A stretch of DNA of 64,000 nt from the NCBI GenBank assembly GCA_028534125.1, contig CM052816.1, positions 73,162,001-73,226,000 on the forward strand. Direction: 5' to 3'. Shown here piece after piece: positions 1 to 12,004 of this stretch. The stretch is from Lama glama. Taxonomy: Eukaryota. Every line of letters starts with the position of its first letter. Positions within the stretch are counted from its first letter, which is position 1. A program made the position numbers and the translations under genes. The notes beneath the pieces are model-generated. The model saw only the letters and a program-made list of their open reading frames with translations, searched no databases and had not been told where the DNA came from.

Positions 1-1054
1 GTAGTTTGCCAACTTCAGACAGAGATAACCAAAAATCCACTTGTAGATGAATTTTTTAGAAATTAAATCATAGTATAAATAGTAGGAAAGAAATTCAAAT
101 TTTAAGATTCGTTTCAGTAACAATGAAGCTCAACGTGGCGCTGGTTCATCTGCTCATGGCACTTTCTGTTATATTTTTCCTGTGAATAGAAAAACCTTAT
201 CAAGCTTAAATGTTTCTTCAACATGTTTAAATGTGTTCTTGCCAAATGCCTGGTTAGGTGTAAAGGAAAAACTAGACGAGGCTGACACCACATCAACTTC
301 CTGTTTGGCAGATATAAAGGTCTCAGTCTCCTTATGCAACAGCAACGTGCCAAATGCACAAAGTCTACAAGTGAGATTCTTCCCAAATACTGGTTAACAA
401 GTAAAGTGATACTGAAACGAAAGCAAGTCTCTTTATTGAAGTCCAGAGGTGAAAGCAAACGCCACAGAGGTCTTTAACGTCTCCATGGACTCTTTCATTC
501 ACACAGTCACCCACTGCTGTACCCCAAGGAACAATATGAGTCATGTTGCCTTCCTCGGAAAGAGGCCCTGATAGATGAGATCAAATGCGTTAAGTCTGTA
601 TTTATGCTTTTTCATCACTTGAAACATATCAGAAAAAAAAGAGGATATTTTCCTCTGTTTCTTGTCTCAAGGATTATTAACAAGACTCAAGAACCTGTCA
701 GATATCTATGACTCTCCTTTCAGTGGGTGCTTAATCTAGTTATAAATAAGAAAACATATTTCCCTTTGAAAAAATGAGAGCCTGAAGATGACACCAACTG
801 ACTTAAATAAATCCTAGTGAAGATCTGTAGTCAAATGCTATTCTAGACTACCTTGAGAAAAAATGAGAACTCTATGTCTTTGGTAGCATAAAATTTAAAA
901 CTTAAGATAGTTAAGTTAATGATACTTAGATTATTTATATTAAAACATCTAGATTTGAAAATTAATCTGGCCTCAAGTTTTTAAAAATTGAGCCAAACAG
1001 TTCCATCATTTATATGATTATTTCAATATCCATATATTTCCCTTCAGCTCTTCC

Positions 1055-1500
1055 TTTGTTCATTCAACACAAATATATTCACCAAGCAAGGTGCTGAGGC
1101 TATCATGGTGAAAATACAAGAGCCTTGCCCTTCACAGTTTAGTAAGAATTAGATGTGCAAAGAGATAATTACTGTAAAGTTATTACACTATAGTTTCTTC
1201 AGTATGATAATTGTCTTATCAAACAGGGGTGTGATGGGAGAAAAGGAAGATGATGTCCCGGCTGATGGAACAACTTGTGCAAAGGCCCAGAAGTTTCCCT
1301 AAAATGCCAAGATATGAAAATGACAGAAGTTTGGTATGACTAGAGAGTAGAACAAGGAAAGAAAAGGGCCTGGGGAGAGAGATGGCAAAACAGCACGAGC
1401 GGTCTCGTGGAGATCCTGCCCAGGGGTTAGACACAGAGAAGTCAACAGGATGATTGAATCAGGCAGAGGAAAATCAGAGGAGAGGCCAGGAGACTGTTTA
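1055..1500 (-). mobile_element. L2 fragment
   Basis: TTCATTCAACA...GGTGCTGAGG...CTTGCCCT tail pattern; diverged. Confidence 0.65.
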
Positions 1501-2329
1501 AGATTTTCCAGTCTGTTTTATTTCCTACTCAAATTTAAATAGAGAGACACTAAGTCCTGCAAAAGCAGGAACCTAAAGCCTCAAACTTTAGGATCCAGCA
1601 TTTTCTTTCTTTAACATTTGTACTCTAGCAAAACCAAAGACAATAGTGTGTGTATTACTACAAGACCAACCAATGTCTATGGACAAAATGGTTGAATTGT
1701 GTAACTCCCTTGAGGGACCGTTACTGTTATGACCATAAATACAATTAAAATGTATTGGTTTCTTCCTATTTTGAATGGTTTTATTATGCTTCCTCTTTTT
1801 TGTGTTATAGGAACAGTAAACACACAAACTGTTCATTGAACACACCTGTATTAATTAGTGTTCCCTCTCCTACCAGTCAGATATGGCTCATTCTCCACTA
1901 CCCTTCTCACTAGATTAACAAAAAAAAAAAAAAGAAAGAAAAATGAAGAATGCTAACCTACAGCAGGAGGGAAGAGGTAGGTGAAAAATTTCATGAGAAA
2001 ACAAAAACTGTTTAGAGTTTAGAATATATACTAAAAACTTAAAAATTGTTTTTCAGGTCATTGCATGAATTTATTTTTAAAATGTGATTGGACTAGGGAA
2101 CCTCTGCTTAATTGTATATGGTTAATGATTAGAATTACAAATAAGAATTCAGAATATTTTCACCTGAGCCCTTTTGTTACCCTCAAAATAAAACAATCAA
2201 GGATGTATTTCTCAATTTCATTTTACACATAGTAAGGAAAAAGCTTAGCCTTTACAATCCTTACAGATCCAGCCATATTTCTCCGTCCACTTCCCATCAT
2301 TCCTATTATGTTTTATTCTCTTCTGCCTC

Positions 2330-2690
2330 CAGCTTTGCTTTGCTCATGATCTTTCTCCTCCATGAAACACTGCTTTCCTTTCCCCACCTTTCACTTCATG
2401 GCTGCCTTTTGTCTTTCAACAGCTAGTTCATGAGTCTGCTCTTGGTTGAAATCTTCTGATTCTCCCCGAGTTAAGAGTTAGGTACCCACACTTTGGGTTT
2501 TCCTTGCCCTTCTTCTCATCTTTCTAACGTGGCATGTATAAAGTTGAAATGTAATTCTTTGCCTTTTTTCCTGTACTACATTGAATTTCTTGAGAACGGT
2601 GATCATGTGTGATTGCAATTTTTACTTATGCTATCACTAGTAAAATAGCAGACACATTATAGGCTCTCAATAAATACTGAATTAAATAAG
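2330..2690 (+). mobile_element. L2 3' fragment
   Basis: TTTGCTCATG...TTCTTGAGAAC.G.GATCATGT...TAGGCTCTCAATAAATACTGAAT. Confidence 0.7.
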
Positions 2691-3973
2691 TAATTAGTAC
2701 AAGAAATACAAAATACCAATGAAGTTAGACAGCTGTTACTCAAATTATTACGCATATTATAGGCTCCATTATTTTATCTACAGACATTTTCTTTTTAAAA
2801 CCCAAACAGGGAGCTGTTTTTCTAAGTTGATACAAAATCTTTGCTTAGCTTTTCTTCCCAATGGTTTAGGAAAAGTCAAAGGAATTAACCCACAATGTCT
2901 CTTAACCTTTAAATTGAAAAGCAAAACTAGGATATTTTATATATTCATAGTATATAATGCATTCATAAACATATAAATGATGTGGGTTTCCTCTTTCATA
3001 TGATGTTGATGAGAAGTTTTTAATCATTGCAATTAACCTCAGAAGTTCCCCAGCAATAAAAGGATTAAGCAATAAATCAAAATAAAATATAAAATAATAT
3101 ATGTTAATTTTTCTGCATTTGAGAGTTTGGTTATTAGTTTTTGTTTTCTTGCCCTGAACTCTACCTAGAGGAAATATTTAGCCTTAAGGCTACAGACTAC
3201 TAATAATTACTTAAGTTCTCGGGTAAATTACTTGCTAAGAATCTCTGTCAGCTCCGTTGTTAAGAGAATTTTCCTCCACAGTTGGCGGAGAGGCGGCTAT
3301 AATAGGTCCTTCGAAGACCTCTGGTGGTAAAAAGGAAGTATTGTTCACCTTCCACTTCACAGTTCATGAAGTTAAATTTCTCTTGGTGCATTTTCTTTTT
3401 GATATGTAACTTCTATTTTGCATAGGAATACAGTTCAAAAACAAATTGTTTCCCAAGATATGTACTTCTGTTCTATCACTTGAGTCTTAACTTTTTCAAC
3501 TGTATATTGAGTAAACAAAAAATACCAACAAGAACAACAAAAAGCCAAACAATTCATCATAGTGAGAATACTCCACCAATCGAGACAGCTTCAAAGTTTG
3601 AGGATGTTTCATAAAAAGGAAAAGCAAATGTTTTCTACATTGCTCTGAAGTACAGAAGTTGAACCAGAAAAGAAGACAGTTTTCTGGTTCAACATAACAA
3701 TGCAAATGCAACGAATGCAAATGCAACAAGACAAATGCAAACATGAAAAGGAGTATTCACAAGGTTGAACACTTAAGCCCTAGCTGAGTAACCCTTTCTC
3801 AAGCCAGCTATAGAGGGGAGCTTAACATGAGGTAAGTGAGCTCTGCAGGTTTTCCCACTTCAATATTTGAGGATTTTCTATCCATAATTCAGCCTATCTT
3901 TGCAAAAAATTCACATTAATAACTTGCCCTTTATATAACCCACACTTGATTATGAACTTCATTTATCTGCCAA

Positions 3974-4289
3974 TTTATTTATTTATTTTTAGTTGAAGTA
4001 TGGTCAGTTATGATATGTCAATTACTGGTGTACAACACAATGTCCCAGTCATGCATAGACGTTCATATATTCATTTTCATATTCTTTTTTATTAAAGGTT
4101 ATTATAAGATATTGAATATAGTTTCCTGTGCTATACAGAAGAAATTTGTGTTTTTTTTATCTATTTTTATATATAGTGGTTCACATTTGCAAATCTCAAA
4201 CCCCCAAATTTATCCCTTCTCGCCCCCTTTCCCTCGGTAACCATAAGATTGTTTACTGTGTCTGCAAGTCTTTTTCTGTTTTGTAGATG
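3974..4289 (-). mobile_element. L1 3' end (lineage-specific, 5'-truncated)
   Basis: T-rich tail then TTGAAGTATGGTCAG...TATAAGATATTGAATATAGTT.CCTGTGCTATACAG...GGTAACCATAAG..TGTTT, the cetartiodactyl L1 3'UTR pattern. Confidence 0.88.
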
Positions 4290-7185
4290 TCCTTATTTAG
4301 ACAAGTTCTCATCTCAGTCTGGGACTCAGCTGTCTCCTATCTGAAAATGAAGGAATGACGGTTGACTAAAATTCTGAGCGTCAGAAATGGGGTACAATGC
4401 CATACTCATTGGACTTGAAATAGACCTAGTTTTAGGTTCCATCTCTGATATAATTAACTTTCCCTAAGTCATACAAATTAAATTCCCTGAGGTTCAAATG
4501 CATTGTCTACGATATGGGAGCCAGCTCTTAACCAGTTTAGTGCTTTAATTCCTTCTACAGTATCACCTGCAAATATGGAAAACACTCAGTGATTGCTATA
4601 AGATTATTTGTAATATATCGCTGAAATTTGTCTTTTGGCAATTTTTATCCATTAGCATAGGAAACTCTTAGAAGACAAGGGTCCTCTCTCTCTCTCTCTT
4701 TCACATCTCTTCAATGCTTAAGAAATTGCTTACACTTCTCCTAATTAGCTAAAATTCCTTCAACTCTCCTCATCTGATATAGTTTCAAGCTTCCTTACTG
4801 TTCTCATAGTCATCCTATGAGCTGCCTCTGGGGGGGGCTGATATAAATTTAAAATAGAGCATAGAGCAAGATGGTTATTAAAGTTAGTGAAAGGCTGTGA
4901 GCCCTCTTCTCTAATAGTCTTAAAACTTAATCCACCTTGAATGGTTCAGCCAAAATGAGAAGAAAAAGGAATAGGAATAGATAACCTTTTAAAATTCGTT
5001 TCAACCTCACATTACAACTGCACTGAATCTTCCCCAGAGGCCTCACTACTACAATCTGAGTTAAAAGGAACAACTTGGGTCATAAATTCAAAATGAATGT
5101 GCAGGTTCACCTCACACATGGTCAGTGGCCTGGAAAACGTCTTGTCAAATCATTTTTATAGAAAACTGAATTTCCCAAGGTTTTACTGACTTAAGTCATT
5201 TTCAGTAAACAGAATAAAAAGATCATATTTCTTGTCTCTCTGCATACAGAGTACCTCCCCTATATTACAACATTTTTCTATAGAGATCTATGTTTAATTT
5301 GGATTTTTTTTCTTTATTCCACTATTATTTACATGTAAATTCTCTCCCTGTCAAGCTAAAAATTAGATGTCAACCTCATAATCCTAATTTTATGATCCAG
5401 GCATCACTAGTGAATGGACAATTACAAAACACAGGCTAAAACTGAATTATAAGATGAGATTTTAAGAAAATGTGTCAGAGCCAAGAAGAGGCCTCCGGTT
5501 ATTTTAACAGGGAATATTTAATCCTTCTGGGAAGGATTTACCATCCATAGGTTGTTTCCACAAAATAGTTATTTGGTGCCACATTAACAAAGAGTATAAA
5601 ATAGATTCCCCAAAAGGTGAATAAAAATTTAATCAATGTAAACGTTAAAACCCTTCATTCTGGGGTAGGAACCAGATAACCAAAGCATCATTAGAACTCT
5701 ATCTTGAGCCTCAAAAAACCAAAACAAAACAAACAAAAATAAAACAAAACAAACAAACAAACAAAAAACAGATATAGAATAGCGCTTGGATTGAAAACCC
5801 AATTTAGGAAAAGTAACCTTTTTGTACTTCCACCCCCTCATTTGTGATAAACACCTCACCTTGAGGAGCTTCTGTGAGGGTTAAAATAGGACGCAAGTGA
5901 TAAATCTTAGAACACGCATGTCTCAGTTTCATATATGAGAAGTAAGTATAACTTAATGACCAAACAATTCTAAGGACAGACAAATTTTTTAAAGTAGAAT
6001 ACACAGAACAGTTAAAAAATTGCCACTATTTAACTACTTAGATCCCCTCAAGATCAGCATTTTATTATACAATTAGAAATTGCCTTTTCTGCAAGTAAAT
6101 GTAATGATTCAGGATTAAATGCAGACATTTTACAATTATTATACTGCCCTCAAATAACAGTTGAAAAATCTGTTATTTTAAAACTTAAAGGTCTTGAAAA
6201 AATATTTCTCTTAAGATGTTCCAGCAAAAAAAAAAAAAACTTGACTAAACGGCACACGTATAAAGATGATTACTCTTTTGATTATGGAGCTGGATGCAAG
6301 TATTAGAGTCAAATCTTATTTATGGCTTCAGCTCCCAGCTTCATGATTTGCCTGATTATGTCACATAAAACTGAGTCATGTTGTGTAATAGGTGCTGAAG
6401 TTGCTATAAAACTGCAGATTTAAATTTATTAGATTAAGGTTCAGGAATATAGACACATCACTCACGAGGCCTGAACGGGAATGAGTCTGCAGCAGAATGC
6501 TATCATTGTTACCCTCGTTAGTACCCTTCAGTCCAAATGACCAGGTTACCCCTAGGTCTGCCTGTTTGGGAAGGAAGTGATTATAGTGTTCTCATTACTC
6601 AAAATTGTCTCTATTAAAGTAATTAGACATGGATACTTCTAATATACAAATAAAATGACAAGCTCACCAGAAGTGTCAGACCAGACTAGGTCTCATATTT
6701 GAAACTCAGGACTCCTGTCCCTCAGAGGTAACAGGAGACCTGGAGGTAACAGGAGTCACTGAGCCAGGTGATAACACAGCCCAAGCCCTGACCTCCAGGC
6801 TGCGCTGCTTAGTTCTACTTTCCTTGTTTAATCTAAGCTTTAACCTCATGCAGAGTTTGGTCACAGGCTGGGACAATTGACCACACCTTGAGTATGATGA
6901 AATTTTTTTATTGCCTAAGCTGGCATGGATCATTTTAAATTTCTCATTTTCCTGAGTTGGGAATTCCCAGCTTCTGTCTTCTTACAGATTCTAAACTTGG
7001 CTGGCCTGTGGTTGTATTTTGACTCCTTATCTATGCTACAGAGAAGGTTGTCTTATTTCAGATCTTAGCTGTCTCTTTCCTTCTTTTTTTTTTTTTTACA
7101 TTTGTATCTCCTATTACTGTACATTAGAAGAAATAGGTCTCAAAACATAGAGCTATAACTATACAATATATAACTATATATTGTC

Positions 7186-7400
7186 TATAGCTGCATTTTA
7201 TGATATGGTGGCCATCAAACACATGTGGCAATTTAAATAAAAATCAATTAAAATGAAATAAAAATACAAATGCACTTTCTTGGTCATATTAGCCACATTT
7301 CAAGTTCTCAATAGTCCCATAGGGCTATTGGTTACCATGTTGGATAGTGCAGACAGAGACCATTTCCATCATTGTGGACAGTTCTCTTGGGTTCATCGAT
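7186..7400 (-). mobile_element. MER3 (hAT-Charlie)
   Basis: CACATGTGGC..TTTAAAT...TAGCCACATTTCAAGTTCTCAATAG...GGATAGTGCAGA...CATTTCCATCATTG. Confidence 0.88.
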
Positions 7401-10400
7401 CTACAGGATGAAGCTAAATATTGAAAAGAGGACAAACAAGGCTGCAGATATTTAACCTATTATGAGGCTGTTGGAAGCCCTGAAGCTTACTAAATTATTG
7501 CAACAAGACATATGTAGATTATGCGATCATAGGATTCTGAGTTCATGTGCTTTCTTTTCAACCACATGTGTGTTGTAGCCTACTAAGAATTTTTCTCTGA
7601 AGTATAATCCTATGATTTTGCAACCAGAAGACCTGGGTGCAAGTTCCAGCCCTGCCCCTCGCTAAGAATGTGATCTGTACACCTAAGTTCTCTGAACTTC
7701 CATTTTCACATTTGAAAATTAGGATGATAGTCATTTTGTCAACTCTGTGTGCTCTTTGTGGTAGATTTTACCAAGGTGTATTAAATAAAAGTTGGCCTTT
7801 TTATAGTTAAAGTTTTATGTTTCTTTAAATCTTGCTTTTTATTGTCTTAAGTAGCATACTTCTCATCACTATTCTAACAAAATCCCTAGTCTGAAATATC
7901 AGTAACATTTCATTTATATTCTAAAAAATGAAGGACAAAGGTAAATTTGGATGATAAGAAATACCCAGCTCCTTCTAGCCATCCACAAACTTGCCCCAGA
8001 TTGCCCCAAGCATACTACCTCCCCATAGTATTTGACTGAATAAAAAAAAAAAACATGTTGCCAAATAACTGAGAGTTTTCATTATCACCTAAAGATGCGT
8101 TAGCAACACCAATGCCCATCTTCTTTAGGAAGTGACCCCTTGTGATGAAAGGTACCACAGTCTTGATTCTGAAAGCTGGTACTTGGTTTGTTGGTTGGTT
8201 GGTTGATTTTTTCACAAAAACAACTCATGCTGGGGACATAATTGGTCTATAATTATAGAAGACTGGCACTAAAATAAATTTTGGTACCATTCAAGTATTG
8301 TACCTTCCACAATTCATTCCTGTATAACCAAAAGATGCATTACTACCTTTAATTTAACCATCCTCTAATGTTCATCTCCCTCCACAGATATAATCACATT
8401 TTGAAACTTACACTGTAATGGTATAAAAGAAGCTAAAGCTTACTAACTTTTTATCTTACTTTTTAAAAATTACTCTGGTACCAAGGGACACACATGTAAC
8501 CTAAGCTAATTGTGACTTGTTTATTACATTTATACTAAAATATTTTGCCAAGTCAGTATGCACACACTTATTTCTAATTAGATTTTCATTTTAATCATAT
8601 GGAGGTCCCAATCAATTTGAAATCTGCTAAAAATTCTAAATAGGCAGCAGAACATTATGCAATTACAGCACAATTTGCATAACAACATTGGGCAATAAAT
8701 ATATCCTTAAGTGTGTATTTCTGTAAGGATTTTCTCCTAGACTTGGACTTGCTTGGCTCTTCACTCTATTTTCCTGTGTGCAGGAATCTTATGGCTGCAC
8801 TTCAGACCTGACGAGTCAGCTCCGTCTACTCGCTCTTAAATTCCCTTCCCCTGTGCCTTGCTAACATGCCAAAACCTATGGCCTATCTGTGTGAAATCTT
8901 TAGACCATGACAGGCACTCCGGTACTGTTGCCTGAATCACCTGCTGCATTTACTGAGCAGGCTGATCCTCCCCAGCAACCTCCAGTGTCCCCAACCATCC
9001 TCCTCCCACCACTCACTGGCTACTGTTAAAATCTGTCCTGGGTCGTTCACCTGCCGCGCCACAGGAGTGCGCCACTAGAATGTCCCCAGGCCTCAGAAAC
9101 CCCAATACACCTGAGACCCAGTGCTGGCAGAAGTCTGGAAGCCAATGCAATCTGCGCTGTCAGGGAAAACAGCACAGGAGAGAGGGCTGTTTGATTGCTC
9201 ACCTGTTTTTTCCTTTTAAGAACTGTTTTTTATATTTAGAAGTGTCTCTTATTCTCCCAAAGAAAGCAGTGTTCGATAAAGAATAAGGAGAATGAGGCAG
9301 AAAAGGAGGAGGAGGAAGACGAACTGGAAGGAGGAGGAGAAATTAAAAAGGAAGAGTTACAGTAAACACTGTTTGTCATTGGAGGTGAACTTACAGAGAA
9401 TTTTCTCTGAAAAAGATGTTAGAAGTCAACGCGGACTTGAAACTTCCCTTTAGTGTATTTAGTGAATGATCCTGCTCTATTTAAGGGGACCAATGGGAAA
9501 CAAGATATAATTTTTTCCCCTAGGAGCTCAAGGAGCTTGCACTGTTTACTTGTGATTTATTGATGAAAGGATCAATAGCACTTTCTCTGTTTCCAGCTAT
9601 TATTTCAACAATAACGGTGTAACCTTGCTTGGAATCAGTGCTCCAGACCGAGACAGAAATGCAATTCATCAGTCTACCTCGCATTGACATGGTGTCCCAG
9701 ACTGGTCCTTGTGCTGACAGGTTGCAGAGTCGGTGAGGGACAAAATTGGTTCCCACTATTTTTTTTTGCTGAAATTTACTTTATTCCTCACATGACAGAA
9801 TTCAACCTCAGGCATTTAGCCAAAACATAAGTACATGTACTATGTAAATTAGGAAATTTTCTTTTCATCTGATGTTTGCCATTTAGTTAAAGTTACATTG
9901 CATTTTATATCAATTTGCAAATAATGATTTTGAAATTGGCTATTGATAAATATCAACTTTTAAAAGTACTAAATCAATTATACCTAATATTATTTCTTTA
10001 AGCCATATAGCTCTACATTCAATAGTAAGAATTTTGTCAACTACCATTACCATCTCTGGAAAACTCCACCTGGCTTCATTTGAGAAAAATTTATTTACAA
10101 GTTTATTGATAGGGTTTATTTTCCTAAGAATACATGGAATCAAACAGAAATGCATCATGCCAATGAGAGAAATACAAAGCTGTACAAAAAATAATGAAAG
10201 ATTAGGGGTTCTTTAACTGTCTAACCATAGAGGAATAATGGAATGAATTATAAGATACCAACACAATGAAATATTCTGCAGCTATTTAAAACTGTATCTG
10301 TGAGAAATTTATAATAATATAGGAAAAACATGACGTGCACTGGTTGAAAAAAAAAAACCTAAATAGAGTTTGGCATTACTTATACACCACTATGAAAATC

Positions 10401-10499
10401 CTTAAAGGTGAATATAGATAAAACATTAGAAGAAAATACATTAAAGGTTAAAAGAAACTACCTTTGAATGATACAATTTAAAGGAGGGTTTTTTCTCTT

Positions 10500-10550
10500 T
10501 TTTCTTAAATATATTTTTTAATGAGTTATAGTCATTTTACAATGTTGTGA
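10500..10550 (-). mobile_element. Ultra-short L1 3' end with 15-bp TSD
   Basis: Insert ..TTTTTTAATGAGTTATAGTCATTTTACAATGTTGTG between AGGGTTTTTTCTCTT (10485-10499) and AGGTTTTTTTCTCTT (10551-10565). Confidence 0.75.
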
Positions 10551-11947
10551 AGGTTTTTTTCTCTTATTTCCCCTTTCTGTATTTTCTAAATTTTCTACAA
10601 TAAAAAAGCAAAATACACTTTTAACTAGAGAACCTGTAGTTTTCCCCCCTTTCTTGTAGTCAGATCTCCTAAAGTCAGTAGGGCTTTATTACTTTACAGT
10701 ACTGACATTTTCTTATCTGGGAAATAAGCTCACAAAGTGGGGAAGCAGATTCAAAACTCAAAGTTCATTTGTTTTAAATTACCTAGGACTTTGGCTTCTT
10801 CACTATTCTTCACCAATTATGTAAAACTAACACACAAAAAAGGTAAAAATTGGAAGTCATGTCAGTTTTTAATTTAAATCCAACCTAGCTTATGTGTAGC
10901 ACAAAAAGGGTTACTTTGAAATCATTTGCTTTCAAAGTGACAAACTACCAAATGAAAAAGAAGAAATGTTTGTGAAAAAAGTAATTTCAATATTGCTAGA
11001 TGGGAATATAACAGGTTTAGCTAAGCATGGCCTAAACAAGGGGTCATTTATAAATTTAATTAATTAGATAGAGAATCCATTATTTATTGAGGTGTAATTT
11101 AGCTGTATTTGTTAAACTTCATTCCCATTAAAAAATAAAAACATTATCATAGCACAGTTATTGCTTTTATTTTTTTAATTTATTATTTAATAATGACTAT
11201 TTGAGAAACTATCCTTTAAAATGTCTTAGGATCTTGCATCTAAAACATATGATACCTAATATCACATGAGCTTTTAATTTAACCACGTGAGAAAGAATAC
11301 AGTATAATTACGTACCATTTTTAATTTGTCTTATCCACCTCTGATACTCATGACCATAACTTGCAATTTAAAAAACAACAATAATTAGAGGACTGACAAA
11401 CCATGTGTTAGTTCTTAACAGGATACACAGACTTTCTGGGATAACAAAGATTGGAGTGAATTTTCCAAATAGTTTACTCAGTTGATGCCCTGTTCCAAAG
11501 TACTAGACAAAGTCAATGCACATCACTGTTATTCATATAACAAAGCTAGAGTAGCACTTTCTGAATAAAACAAATTTCTCATGAATGGAATGTGGCACAT
11601 CTTGGCCTATTTTGTGACAGAGATTGCCCAAAGAGGAGGAAATATATCTTTCACTTTTATTTGAGGACCTAGAGTCCATATTGATTTAAGTATATCTTTC
11701 TTTGATATACTTAAAGTAACAGACCTAAGATAAGGGGTGTGCTGTAAAATATACACTAGGACAATTCATCTTTTGATACCCTGGATGACATCTGAAAGCA
11801 AAATATTATTTATCATAACTGTGTTTAGAGAGACCACTAATGAGTACATAATCTAATTTCCCATAATGATCTAAAGTCTCATTTTCTAATCAAAGTTTCA
11901 ATTCTCCTCCTCCATGTCCTAGATTTCCTGGCCAAATGCAGTCTCAG

Positions 11948-11950
<3 letters not shown>

Positions 11951-12004
<54 letters not shown>
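11951..12004. repeat. Compound microsatellite (TA)16(CA)11
   Basis: Read directly from the sequence. Confidence 0.97.

Noticed and set aside
6725..6755. Direct repeat GAGGTAACAGGAG twice
   Set aside because: A simple local tandem duplication (18-bp period, two copies), not an array.
7151..7192. AT-rich hairpin
   Set aside because: Low-complexity TA sequence at the edge of MER3.
9050..9090. CTCF-like sequences (also near 3315-3330)
   Set aside because: Several mismatches to the CCASYAGRKGGCRS core; cannot be supported without ChIP data or scoring.
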